From assembly GCA_944358265.1 (NCBI GenBank), contig CALVQR010000001.1:5042-69041 (forward strand): a stretch of 64,000 nucleotides of DNA. Direction: 5' to 3'. The notes under the pieces were generated by a model that saw nothing but the letters and a program-made list of their open reading frames with translations, did no database searches and was not told the origin of the DNA. This DNA is from an uncultured Bacilli bacterium. GTDB lineage: Bacteria > Bacillota_I > Bacilli_A > RF39 > UBA660. Each line of letters starts with the position of its first letter. Positions within the stretch are counted from its first letter, which is position 1. The position numbers and the translations under genes were made by a program. Of this stretch, positions 9,347-19,234 are shown piece by piece.

Positions 9347-10043
9347 ATTTTTTAATACTTTTGAAAATAAACTCTAATTTATCAATTTGTTTTTCTATAT
9401 GCCAATGTCCACAATACCATTTATCGTAATTTATTATTTCCTCTAATTGATTTAAAAATATTTCCATTTTCTTATCAATTTTTAATTGATTAAAGGCATA
9501 TATAAAGTTATCTTGTGGTTCATATTTTAATGGACAAGTATGAGATAATATAATATCGACATGTTTTCCTTTATATTTCTTTATTATATAATCTTTTTCT
9601 TCTTCTTTTAGCTGCTCATCTTTAAACCATTTATATCCATGTGTAATCCTATAATTTTTATCAACAGAATAAGCTCCTCCAACTACTAAAACGCTTTTAT
9701 TATCAATGTTATATAACTCACCATTTTTTGCAAATATTAAATTAGGATATTTATCTTCAATATAAACGTTTCCTCCAAACATTTTAGTTTCATGATAATT
9801 ACTTATATTTTCTGGTCTTTCCTCATGATTCCCTTGAATAAAAAAGATTTTTAGACTATACAAACTTAAAAATTCCTTTAAGCGATTGTCATGTTCGTTT
9901 AAAAAGTAATTAACTCCTGCATCCCCGAGAATAATAAGCATATCATCTTTTGAAATTTTTAAATTATTTAATCTCGAGAAATCTCCATGGGTGTCACCAG
10001 TAATATAAATCATAGTATCAACTCCATATTCACTATAAAACAA
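9336..10043 (-). CDS. Calcineurin-like metallophosphoesterase
   Basis: MIYITGDTHGD, ILGDAGVN, GNHE and GHWH motifs of the metallophosphatase fold. Confidence 0.65.
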   Translation of the reverse strand: MFYSEYGVDTMIYITGDTHGDFSRLNNLKISKDDMLIILGDAGVNYFLNEHDNRLKEFLSLYSLKIFFIQGNHEERPENISNYHETKMFGGNVYIEDKYPNLIFAKNGELYNIDNKSVLVVGGAYSVDKNYRITHGYKWFKDEQLKEEEKDYIIKKYKGKHVDIILSHTCPLKYEPQDNFIYAFNQLKIDKKMEIFLNQLEEIINYDKWYCGHWHIEKQIDKLEFIFKSIKKFER

Positions 10044-10109
10044 ATAAAAATAATATACAAATGTACAAAAAAACTAGTTTTCTACTAGTTTTACTTAACT
10101 TCAATCATG

Positions 10110-10400
10110 TTAGCCGAGGCAAGAGCATTCAGCACCTCCTGCATTCAAGTGGTTAGATATTACTAGTACATCAGGTGAGTTACCATAAGCACTTAATATT
10201 CTATTAACTCTTTCATTTGGAGTTAATGTTTCATCAACTTGTCTAATTAAGGTAGAATTAACTCCTAATTCTTTAAAGCGATTATTTAAATACTCTGCTA
10301 TTTTTAAAGCATATTCTTTCTCAACAATACCATTGCCACTAGCACCTGGATCGCTTCCCCCATGCCCAGCATCAATAACTATTTTTACATTATTATTCAT
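10110..10400 (-). pseudogene. N-acetylmuramoyl-L-alanine amidase (Amidase_3) catalytic domain, C-terminally truncated
   Basis: VKIVIDAGHGGSDPGA...VLVISNHLNAGGAE is the N-terminal half of a CwlD/Amidase_3 domain. The ORF stops about 80-100 aa short of a complete domain, exactly where plasmid-type gene content begins. Confidence 0.55.
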
Positions 10401-10606
10401 AAAATCCTCCTCAAAGTATTTTATGATAAATGTCTATTTTTGCTATTAATTACATAAAAAAATTATAATTTTTACCCAATAAATCTAAAATTTTATATTT
10501 AGTGTTTTAATATAAATTATCATAAGAATTAAAAATTGACGATACATATAATAATTTTAGTTCTAAAATCCATATATTTTTTTAAAACTATTATAAATAA
10601 ATTCTA

Positions 10607-11296
10607 TTAATTTAATTTGTTTAACAATTCAAGCATAACATTTGCAATTTTTTTAGAACTATCTGCTAAGAAGTCTTCATAAGTGATTACATTATTATTA
10701 TTAGGTGTATCTGATATACTTCTAATTACTAAAAAAGGAATATTGCTTAAATAACATACTTGTGCAATAGAAGCACCTTCCATTTCAACACATAATGCAT
10801 TAAATTTATTATTTATTTTTTTACCCATTATATAATCTGTACAAAATATATCTCCTGATGCAATTACTCCACTGACTACATTAACATTATTAAAAGATAT
10901 TGATTTTGCCAATTTTACCAGATATTCATCAGAATCTATATATACTCCTACACCTGGAATATATCCTTTTTCATGATCAAAAGCAGTAATATCAAAATCA
11001 TGTTGTACTAATTTTTCGCCTATTACTATATCCCCAACATTTAATTTATCTGACACACTACCCGCCACACCTATATTAAATATATAATCAACCTTTATAT
11101 TATCAATTAATATTTGAGTACATCTTGCAGCATTTACTTTTCCTACACCACTTTCTACCATAACAACATAAATATTATTAATAAATGCTTCATAAAAAGT
11201 CAAATCAAATATAGTATATTCTTTTTTTATAATTAAGTATTTCTTTAATTCTAAAAGTTCTTCATTCATTGCAAATATTATCCCAACTTTTTTCAT
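10607..11296 (-). CDS. mtnN: 5'-methylthioadenosine/S-adenosylhomocysteine nucleosidase
   Basis: KVGIIFAMNEELLELK...GVAGS...FLVIRSISD is the Pfs/MtnN family. Start moved to MKKVGII behind a GGAGGA RBS. Confidence 0.8.
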   Translation of the reverse strand: MKKVGIIFAMNEELLELKKYLIIKKEYTIFDLTFYEAFINNIYVVMVESGVGKVNAARCTQILIDNIKVDYIFNIGVAGSVSDKLNVGDIVIGEKLVQHDFDITAFDHEKGYIPGVGVYIDSDEYLVKLAKSISFNNVNVVSGVIASGDIFCTDYIMGKKINNKFNALCVEMEGASIAQVCYLSNIPFLVIRSISDTPNNNNVITYEDFLADSSKKIANVMLELLNKLN

Positions 11297-11392
11297 ATTA
11301 ATCCTCCACACATGTATATTATAACTTATTATTTATAGATTTTACAAAAAAATATTTTACTGATATAATATGTAAGCAAAGAGGGATAAATT

Positions 11393-12112
11393 ATGAAAAA
11401 TAAATTAACCAAAAAAAGTTTATTATTAATGCTTATGCTTTCACTACTTAATGCATCTGCTTGTAAAAATAATAATTCTAACATAAATACACAGACAACA
11501 ACTGAAAGTATTACTGAAACTATTCAAGATGAAACAACAACTCAAATACCTACAACTGAATCCACTACGGAAGATATTATAACTACAGAGTCTACTATAG
11601 AAAATATTATAACTACAGAGTCTACTACAGAACAATCAATAAATAATGATGATATAGTTATAACAAATATAGACTCAGATAAAGAAGAAATAGAATATTA
11701 TTTATCTGAAGATCCTATTAATATGACTATGTTAGGAGAAAAATCAAAAGCATTCTTTATAAAATGTGTTGATTTTATATTTTATGATAGTGAAATAAAT
11801 GGTGTTACTTTTAAAGAATTATCAGATGAAGCAAAAGAAGATATATATACTACTTTTTGTTATATAGATGAATTAGTAGTAGTATATTTTCCAAATTATA
11901 AAGAAAATATTTCTGAAAAATATACTATAGTTAAAGACTTCACTAAAAAATCTTATTTTTATGTACTTGATAAAATAAAAGAAGCAATTGGAGAAAACAA
12001 TTATGAAAAAATAAAAGAAATAAAAGATAGTGTTATAGATACCGTATCAGATACATATGAAAATACTAAAGAAAAAGTAAAAGAATGGTATGAAGATTTT
12101 AGATCAAATTAA
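11393..12112 (+). CDS. Lipoprotein with Thr/Glu-rich repeat linker
   Basis: Lipobox LLNASAC, then ITTESTTEDIITTESTIENIITTESTTEQ repeats. Confidence 0.6.
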   Translation: MKNKLTKKSLLLMLMLSLLNASACKNNNSNINTQTTTESITETIQDETTTQIPTTESTTEDIITTESTIENIITTESTTEQSINNDDIVITNIDSDKEEIEYYLSEDPINMTMLGEKSKAFFIKCVDFIFYDSEINGVTFKELSDEAKEDIYTTFCYIDELVVVYFPNYKENISEKYTIVKDFTKKSYFYVLDKIKEAIGENNYEKIKEIKDSVIDTVSDTYENTKEKVKEWYEDFRSN

Positions 12113-12135
12113 AAAACATGTTTATAAACATGTTT

Positions 12136-12660
12136 TTATTCTGTTTCAGTCACATCTTTAAATCCACAATCTAATTGAACTTCTATAGTATAATCTCTTT
12201 TACCATATGGACTTTTTGGATAAATAATAGCTTTTGTATTATTTAAGTTACATGCTTCGCCTTCTTCATTTTTAAATGTATCTGCTTCATTTTGATTTTT
12301 TCCATTATCATATCGTAATAAATTATCTAAATTAATTTTTACTCCAATTTCTTCAAATTTAGATAAACTTTCTGCAATTTCTTCTTCTGATTTATCTTTT
12401 GTAAATTCATCATAATAAAAATTTGTGTAAAATTCTTCTCCCATTTTTGTAAGTTTTTCACTTAATTTTTCTTCTAAAGTTTTATTATTTCTATTAGCTA
12501 TACAAAATATAACAATAAATACAATTATAAGACCAAGGGCGATTGAGCCAATCAAAATTAGCTTATTTCTTTTTTCTTTTTCAATAAATTCTTTTGTTTT
12601 TTCTTTTTTACTTTTTGCCATAGTATCACTTCTTTCTATATTTTTATCTTTATACCCCAA
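12136..12660 (-). CDS. Membrane-anchored hypothetical protein (paralog of 16318..16731)
   Basis: N-terminal TM. Shares the conserved C-terminal block IIYPKSPYGKRDYTIEVQLDCGF with the 16318..16731 product. Confidence 0.5.
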   Translation of the reverse strand: MGYKDKNIERSDTMAKSKKEKTKEFIEKEKRNKLILIGSIALGLIIVFIVIFCIANRNNKTLEEKLSEKLTKMGEEFYTNFYYDEFTKDKSEEEIAESLSKFEEIGVKINLDNLLRYDNGKNQNEADTFKNEEGEACNLNNTKAIIYPKSPYGKRDYTIEVQLDCGFKDVTETE

Positions 12661-12818
12661 TCTCTACTTAATGTCTTTATAAAAATGTATTCACATCACT
12701 ATATTATTGTTAACAAAATTGTATAATATATAAATAATATTGTCAATATAATTAAATTAATTGATAATAACATTTCATAATATCATTAATAAAATTTTTA
12801 TATTAAAATTAACAAATA

Positions 12819-13895
12819 TTAATTATCATTTTCTATATATTTTGATTCATCTATTTCAACACTGTTTATACTATTAAATCTTTTAGTTATTTTTTCTGTT
12901 GTTGTATGAATATCCTCAACATCTCTACTTACTGTTTGTATACTTCTAGATAATTTATCCCAACGTTCTTTATATCTAGAAAATTCTATAGATAATTTAC
13001 TTAATTCTTGTCCTATAACTTTTGCATACTTATCTCTTTCTATATTTTTAATTATAACTTGAATTGTTGTTAATGTACTTATAAGAGTTGTGGGTGATGT
13101 AATCCATACTCTTTTTTTATAAGCATATTCTATTATATCGCTATGATATGCATTTAATTCTGCAAATATTGCTTCTGCAGGTAAAAACATTATAGCTTGA
13201 TTACTTGTTACTCCATCAATTATATATTTATTTGCAATTGCATCTATATGTTTTTTTACATCACCTTTAAATGATTTTGCAGCTAATTCTCTATCAGATT
13301 GACTATATCTTTTATCAACCATTATTCTATAATTTTCGAGTGGAAATTTAGAATCTATTGCAACTACTCCTAGTGGTTCAGGTGCAAAAAGTACTGCATC
13401 TGCAATTGTTCCATTTGGAAAAGAATATTGAAGTTTATATATATTATCATTCTTCTCTCCAAACACACTAGAAAGTATATGCTTTAAATTCACTTCACCA
13501 TATATACCTCTACTCTTCTTATCAGTAAGTATAGATTGAAGTGATACTATATCACTTGATAAATTATCTATCTTCTTTTGCGCTTCATCAATTTTGCTTA
13601 ATCTTTCTAAGACAGAAGAAAAAGTTTTATTTGTTTTCTCAAAATTTTCATCTAATCTTTCATTTACTCTGTCATTAATCATATTAAGTCTAATTTCAAT
13701 CTTTTCATTCAATTTATTTATATCTTCATTCATATTTTTATTAATATCAATTTTAAATTCACCAAGTTCTTTAGTTAAATTTGTTTCTAATTTGCCTAGT
13801 CTTTCTGTTATATTTCCCTCATTGATATTTTTAAATAAACTAATTGTTACTAACACTACTAATAGAATTAGAATTCCTATAATTATATACTCCAT
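12819..13895 (-). CDS. rmuC: DNA recombination protein RmuC
   Basis: N-terminal TM plus coiled coil, then a C-terminal RmuC nuclease-like domain (GVTSNQAIMFLPAEAIF...WITSPTTL). Confidence 0.75.
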   Translation of the reverse strand: MEYIIIGILILLVVLVTISLFKNINEGNITERLGKLETNLTKELGEFKIDINKNMNEDINKLNEKIEIRLNMINDRVNERLDENFEKTNKTFSSVLERLSKIDEAQKKIDNLSSDIVSLQSILTDKKSRGIYGEVNLKHILSSVFGEKNDNIYKLQYSFPNGTIADAVLFAPEPLGVVAIDSKFPLENYRIMVDKRYSQSDRELAAKSFKGDVKKHIDAIANKYIIDGVTSNQAIMFLPAEAIFAELNAYHSDIIEYAYKKRVWITSPTTLISTLTTIQVIIKNIERDKYAKVIGQELSKLSIEFSRYKERWDKLSRSIQTVSRDVEDIHTTTEKITKRFNSINSVEIDESKYIENDN

Positions 13896-13904
13896 TTACT
13901 CCTC

Positions 13905-14483
13905 CTATTTTACAAACTTATTTACTACTTTACTTACAAAATACGCAAGTATTAACATTACAGTTATTTGTGCGATTGTATATGGATCAGATATACTTTC
14001 AAGTAAACTTTTCCCGATAAATCCCCAGAAATAAACCATAGGAAACTTCCCAATTATGAGCGCACTGAAATATCTTTTTGTATCTATATCAGATAATCCT
14101 GCGCCAATATTTATTGCAAATGCCGGTGTAAAAGGCACTGCAAGTAATATAACTAAATTACTATATGATAGTTTATTAATATATTTTTTGAATTTTACTA
14201 TAACTTTATTATTTGTATATTTTTTTTCAAACTTATTTTTTAACTTTCTACATAAGAAAAATGAAATCATGCACCCTATAACAGTTGCAATCCAAGATAA
14301 AATAAAACCAAAAACAGAACCTAATGTAATTACATTAAGTGCAATAAATACTGCAAGTGGTAATATAGGAATCATTGATTCTAATATTATTAATAAAAAT
14401 CCCACTATAAATCCGAAATTACCTACCGAGTTTGTTATAAAATCGATTGCTTGATTTATTATCGTCTCCATTGTAGCCTCCAA
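13905..14483 (-). CDS. DedA/SNARE-associated (TVP38/TMEM64) family membrane protein
   Basis: Multi-TM protein with DedA-type GxxxG-rich re-entrant helices. Confidence 0.7.
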   Translation of the reverse strand: MEATMETIINQAIDFITNSVGNFGFIVGFLLIILESMIPILPLAVFIALNVITLGSVFGFILSWIATVIGCMISFFLCRKLKNKFEKKYTNNKVIVKFKKYINKLSYSNLVILLAVPFTPAFAINIGAGLSDIDTKRYFSALIIGKFPMVYFWGFIGKSLLESISDPYTIAQITVMLILAYFVSKVVNKFVK

Positions 14484-14544
14484 TAATATTATAACTCATT
14501 TATACTAAAAAAATAAAGTTTTATACTTTATTTTTTAATTTATA

Positions 14545-15210
14545 TTATGAATTATTACTCATGATTCTTTTATTTTCCATTAAATTTAATATTTCCTTTA
14601 ATTTATAAAATTTATTATTATCATTTTTTGCAACATTTATAAGTTTACTATATATTTTATCTGTATCATCTAGTTTCTCATTATATATTTCATAAAATAT
14701 ATATTTTAATTTTGTTTGTTCATTATTTTTTTTCATATTGTCAAGTTTTAATATTATATATTTTTCTATTTCTTCTTCTTTCCTAGTTATATATTTTTCC
14801 TTTATTTTATTTTTACTTTTTAATTTATAGTCAATAATTGAATATTTAATATTTTTAGAAGAATCTAATATCTCGATTTCTTCATCAATACTTAAATTAC
14901 TTTTCATATAACTATTTCCTTCAGAATCAAATTCAATTGCAATCGCAGAATAATCAGATACAAATACACATGCATATCTAACTAAATTTATTGAATTTGG
15001 TGTATATACCTCGGTTTTATCTTCAATTAATTCAAGAAATTTTTTATTAATTAAAATTTCATCATTTTTTAAATTTTCAAAAGTTTCTATATCAACTTTA
15101 TATAATGGTATTTTTAAAATAAATTCTGGATCATCATCTTCTCTCCATTCATAAAATTCATATAAAGTATTTTTACTAAAATTTAATGTTATATCATAAA
15201 TATAATTCAT
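14545..15210 (-). CDS. Hypothetical protein (221 aa)
   Basis: ORF track; no motif recognised. Confidence 0.45.
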   Translation of the reverse strand: MNYIYDITLNFSKNTLYEFYEWREDDDPEFILKIPLYKVDIETFENLKNDEILINKKFLELIEDKTEVYTPNSINLVRYACVFVSDYSAIAIEFDSEGNSYMKSNLSIDEEIEILDSSKNIKYSIIDYKLKSKNKIKEKYITRKEEEIEKYIILKLDNMKKNNEQTKLKYIFYEIYNEKLDDTDKIYSKLINVAKNDNNKFYKLKEILNLMENKRIMSNNS

Positions 15211-15424
15211 TTTTTCCTCCTTTAATAAACATAACTAAACTCATTAATATTACTCCAAAAATAAAATTCAAACATTCAATACGTCTAATAATAAAATTTA
15301 CATATTCTAAAAAATTATACCCGAGACTAAGTAAATTTAAATAAATAATTATATAACTAAGTCCGATTACAGTTAATCCAAAACCAAATAAGAATATCAA
15401 AAAACGTAAAGACAAAATCATCAC
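15194..15424 (-). CDS. Small membrane protein (76 aa)
   Basis: Two predicted TM helices. Overlaps the downstream gene start. Confidence 0.35.
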   Translation of the reverse strand: MMILSLRFLIFLFGFGLTVIGLSYIIIYLNLLSLGYNFLEYVNFIIRRIECLNFIFGVILMSLVMFIKGGKNELYL

Positions 15425-15485
15425 CTACATAATTTTATTTATTTTTTAGTGTAATTATTATATAATTATTAGTAGAGGTGATAAA

Positions 15486-16286
15486 ATGTTATTATTAAAA
15501 TATTTAATTTTAGGAATAATTCAAGGATTTACAGAACCACTTCCAATATCTTCTAGCGGACACCTTAGAATATTTAAATCGCTTTTTAATAGTGAAGTAT
15601 TAAGTGATATGAATTTTGAAATTATTGTTAACTTTGGTTCTTTAGTTGCCATATTAATATTATATAGAAAAGAGATAACTAATATTATAAAAGACTTTTT
15701 TTGTTATATAAAAACTAAAGAAGAAAAATATAAAATCAATTTTAAATATGCATGGTTAATAGTTATTGGAACAATCCCTGCGGGAATTCTTGGATTGTTT
15801 GTAAAAGATTTTATAGAAACTTATTTTACTGCCAAACTAGTAGGTCTAATGCTTATTATTACTTCAATACTTTTATTTATGATTAAAGATATAAAAGGTA
15901 AAAAAGAAAAAAAAGATATGACTATTTTAGATGCATTAAAAATAGGTTTATTTCAAGTAGTTGCTCTATTACCTGGGATAAGTAGAAGTGGCGCAACTGT
16001 AGTTGGAGGAATGAAATCTAATTTAACTAGAGAAACAGCATTAAATTACTCTTTTATGTTATATATACCAATAAGTATTGCAAGTATGTTTTTAGGAGTT
16101 AGCGATTTATTAAATTCTGGATCTTTAAATGAATTATTAATTCCATATTTGGTAAGTATGATAGCCGCAGGAATAGTTACTTATTATGCTGCAAAATTAT
16201 TTATTAATGTCATGAAAAAAGGTAAATTAATTTACTTTTCAATATACTGCTTTATTGTAGGACTAATAACTTTTATAATATTTTAA
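15486..16286 (+). CDS. uppP: Undecaprenyl-diphosphatase
   Basis: GFTEPLPISSSGHL and SRSGATVVGG, the hallmark BacA/UppP motifs. Confidence 0.85.
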   Translation: MLLLKYLILGIIQGFTEPLPISSSGHLRIFKSLFNSEVLSDMNFEIIVNFGSLVAILILYRKEITNIIKDFFCYIKTKEEKYKINFKYAWLIVIGTIPAGILGLFVKDFIETYFTAKLVGLMLIITSILLFMIKDIKGKKEKKDMTILDALKIGLFQVVALLPGISRSGATVVGGMKSNLTRETALNYSFMLYIPISIASMFLGVSDLLNSGSLNELLIPYLVSMIAAGIVTYYAAKLFINVMKKGKLIYFSIYCFIVGLITFIIF

Positions 16287-16317
16287 AAAAAATAGCTTAA
16301 AAATTAAGCTATTTTTT

Positions 16318-16731
16318 TTAAAATCCACAATCGAGTTTTATTTCTGAAAAAAAATCTGTTTTGGTATATGGGCTTTTTGGATATATTATAATCATTGTAT
16401 TTTCTTTATCACAAGATTTATTTTTACTTTTAAAATTAGATATTTTTTCTTTATATTCATCACTATATTTTTCCATTTCAGTAAGATTAAACTTTAATCC
16501 AGTAGTTTCATATTTTTTCAAAAATTCTGCTACTTCTTCGTTTGTTTTACCATTTGAAATTTGTAAATAATAATATTCTGAATATAAGTTTTCACCCATT
16601 GAAGTTAAATCTCTAACTATTTTTTCCTCTTTTGATAATCTTAAATCTTTAGTAAGATAAAATATCAATAATCCTACAACAAATAAACCTATAATTATTA
16701 AAATAATACCTAATATTCTTTTCATATTCAT
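16318..16731 (-). CDS. Membrane-anchored hypothetical protein (paralog of 12136..12660)
   Basis: N-terminal TM. The C-terminus IIIYPKSPYTKTDFFSEIKLDCGF matches that of the 12136..12660 product. Confidence 0.5.
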   Translation of the reverse strand: MNMKRILGIILIIIGLFVVGLLIFYLTKDLRLSKEEKIVRDLTSMGENLYSEYYYLQISNGKTNEEVAEFLKKYETTGLKFNLTEMEKYSDEYKEKISNFKSKNKSCDKENTMIIIYPKSPYTKTDFFSEIKLDCGF

Positions 16732-16739
16732 AATAACAC

Positions 16740-17246
16740 CTATTCTATTATGTAATTTTCACTCTTATGTGGTTCTGTAAATAATAAATTTCTGTAATTT
16801 TGTTGCCTTAAAACTTCATAAATTACAATTGCAGCACAATTAGATAAATTAAGTGCACGAACATTTTTAGTCATTGGTATTCTCATACATTTATCTAAAT
16901 CATTTCTTAATATTTCTTTTGGAATTCCAGTACTTTCTTTTCCAAAAATCAAATATATATTTTCGTTAGTATTACTATAATCAAAAGAAGTATGTGGTTT
17001 TTTTCCATATCTTGTAAAATAGTAATAAGTTCCTTTATTTTTAGATTTAAAGTCATCAAAATTTTCATATACTTCATAATCTAATTTATCTAAATAATTA
17101 GCAGAACTTCTCTTTAAATACTTTTCTTCAAGAGAAAAACCAAGAGGTTTTATAAGATGTAATTTAGTCCCTGTTGCAACACATGTTCTCATTATATTTC
17201 CAGTATTTCCAGGAATTTCTGGTTCAAATAATACTATATTATTCAT
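16740..17246 (-). CDS. trmL: tRNA (cytidine/uridine-2'-O)-methyltransferase, SpoU/TrmL family
   Basis: NIVLFEPEIPGNTGNIMRTCVATG...GKESTGIP is the SPOUT fold. Start moved to MNNIVLFEP to avoid overlap with rubrerythrin. Confidence 0.7.
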   Translation of the reverse strand: MNNIVLFEPEIPGNTGNIMRTCVATGTKLHLIKPLGFSLEEKYLKRSSANYLDKLDYEVYENFDDFKSKNKGTYYYFTRYGKKPHTSFDYSNTNENIYLIFGKESTGIPKEILRNDLDKCMRIPMTKNVRALNLSNCAAIVIYEVLRQQNYRNLLFTEPHKSENYIIE

Positions 17247-17247
17247 T

Positions 17248-17787
17248 TTAATAGTTTTGTGCTTTTTTTTCAAAATAAGCTTGAGGATGTGCGCATACTG
17301 GACATACCTTTGGAGCTTCTTCACCTACGTATACATAACCGCAGTTACGACAAATCCATACAGTTTCTTCTCCTTTTTTAAATACCATATCATCTTCAAT
17401 ATTTCCAATTAATTTCATATATCTTTCTTCGTGATGTTTTTCTATTTTACCAACTTCTTCAAAAAGATATGCAATTCTGTCAAATCCTTCTTCTCTAGCT
17501 TCTTTAGCAAAAGTTGCATACATATCTGTCCATTCATAATTTTCACCTGCGGCCGCATCTTTTAAGTTTTCTAATGTTGAAGGAATATCCCCACCATGTA
17601 GTTCTTTAAACCACATTTTAGCATGTTCTTTTTCATTACCTGCAGTTTCTTCAAAAAGTGCTCCTATTTGCTCATATCCTTCCTTTTTAGCCTTTGAAGC
17701 ATAATAAGTATATTTGTTTCTTGCTTGACTTTCTCCTGCGAAAGCTGCAAGTAAATTTGCTTCTGTTTTAGTTCCTTTTAGTTCCAT
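17248..17787 (-). CDS. rbr: Rubrerythrin
   Basis: Diiron ExxH pairs ([16 protein letters not shown]) and a C-terminal rubredoxin-like CRNCG...CPVC domain. Confidence 0.9.
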   Translation of the reverse strand: MELKGTKTEANLLAAFAGESQARNKYTYYASKAKKEGYEQIGALFEETAGNEKEHAKMWFKELHGGDIPSTLENLKDAAAGENYEWTDMYATFAKEAREEGFDRIAYLFEEVGKIEKHHEERYMKLIGNIEDDMVFKKGEETVWICRNCGYVYVGEEAPKVCPVCAHPQAYFEKKAQNY

Positions 17788-17930
17788 AAATTATACCTCC
17801 TTACATCCTTATTAGGACTATTATAATTATACACTATTTTTTATTTTAATTCATTAGTTTATTTGAAATTTTTATAATATTTTATTATTTCGAATAATAT
17901 ATGATAAAATGAATATATTTTATTGAAAGG

Positions 17931-18296
17931 ATGAATTATATGAACAATGGATATTATCAAAACATGAATAATTATCAAACACCATCAGGATACCCAAATC
18001 AACAATATGCTCCTACCGTAAGTACTACAGAATTTCCACTAGAACAATCTTATGTTGAAAATATTCTAAGATTAAACAAAGGAAAATATGGAAAATTTTA
18101 CGTTTCCTTTCCGGACTCAATTGAGTGGAAAGATAAAATTTTTACTGGAATTGTAGAACAAGCAGGAAGAGATCACTTAATAATTAGCGATCCTTCAACG
18201 GGAAAATGGTATTTAATTTTAATGATATATTTAAATTATGTTGAATTTGAAGAGAATATTAATTATAGTCCCGATTTCACTTTAAAAGGATTGTAA
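17931..18296 (+). CDS. gerQ: Spore coat protein GerQ-like
   Basis: Q/N/Y-rich N-terminus, then a conserved YVENILRLNKGKYGKFYVSFPDS...AGRDHLIISDPSTGKWYLILMIYLNYVEFEE block typical of GerQ. Confidence 0.55.
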   Translation: MNYMNNGYYQNMNNYQTPSGYPNQQYAPTVSTTEFPLEQSYVENILRLNKGKYGKFYVSFPDSIEWKDKIFTGIVEQAGRDHLIISDPSTGKWYLILMIYLNYVEFEENINYSPDFTLKGL

Positions 18297-18345
18297 TATT
18301 CTTTTTATTTTGCTATAATTTTATTATAGTAGAAGGTGATTAAAA

Positions 18346-18891
18346 GTGACAATTCATTTTATTATTATTTTAATTATTATTTTTTTATTTGCACTTTTTA
18401 TAGTATGCAGTATAACATATAACAAATTTCAAGATTATATTATAAAAATTAATGAGGTTGAAAGTAAAATAGATGATTCATTAAGAGAAAAATTTGATAT
18501 AATTTTAAAACTTAACAATGTTATAAAAGAAATTATCAAAACAAATAAAACTTTAGTAGATGATATATCGAAAATAAGAGATGAAAATATTAGTAGTTTT
18601 GAAATAGATAGAAAATTAGTTGAAGCCATTAATAAAGTAAATTTTGTAAAAAGTAAATATGATGAAGTTGATTCAAATGAAGAAATAATAAAATTAACAT
18701 ATCAAATTGAAGATATAGATGAATCATTAAAAGCATTTAAAAAATTTTATAATGAAACAATAACTAATTATAACAAACTAATTAGATTATTTCCTTACAA
18801 TATAATAGGAAAAATTTTAAAATATAAAGAAAAAACCTTTTTCGATGGCAAAAATATGAACGATGATGATATAAAAGATTTTAAATTATAA
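18346..18891 (+). CDS. LemA family membrane protein
   Basis: N-terminal TM, YNKFQD...LREKFDIILKLNN and a C-terminal YNETITNYNKLIRLFPYNIIGKIL block, the LemA architecture. Confidence 0.5.
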   Translation: MTIHFIIILIIIFLFALFIVCSITYNKFQDYIIKINEVESKIDDSLREKFDIILKLNNVIKEIIKTNKTLVDDISKIRDENISSFEIDRKLVEAINKVNFVKSKYDEVDSNEEIIKLTYQIEDIDESLKAFKKFYNETITNYNKLIRLFPYNIIGKILKYKEKTFFDGKNMNDDDIKDFKL

Positions 18892-18925
18892 AAAGTGCAA
18901 AAAATGCACTTTTTTATTTATATTC

Positions 18926-19192
18926 TTAAAAACCATCCTCCACGTTTACAACATTATATCCCTGAACCTCCAATAATTTGCAACATCTTTTACTTTTTAT
19001 CCCAGAGGAACAATAAATATAATATGTAGTATTTTTATCTAAATACATATATGGCATATCTATTAAGTTATTTTCATCAATGTTTTTAGCATTATATATA
19101 TGAGATTTAATGTATCTATTTTTACTTCTTATATCAATTATATTATACTCTGGTTTTAAGTCTTTTATTTTAATACTTTTCATAGTGCTCAC
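18926..19192 (-). CDS. Rhodanese-like domain protein
   Basis: Single rhodanese fold with the active-site loop YIYCSSGIKS. Confidence 0.6.
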   Translation of the reverse strand: MSTMKSIKIKDLKPEYNIIDIRSKNRYIKSHIYNAKNIDENNLIDMPYMYLDKNTTYYIYCSSGIKSKRCCKLLEVQGYNVVNVEDGF

Positions 19193-19234
19193 TCCATTAT
19201 ATAATATGAAGAAATTAAAACTATTTGAGTAAAT

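Noticed and set aside
11444-11635. Minus-strand 63-aa ORF inside the lipoprotein gene
   Set aside because: Antisense to the Thr-rich repeat region. Its repetitive Cys/Ser composition arises from the repeat DNA.
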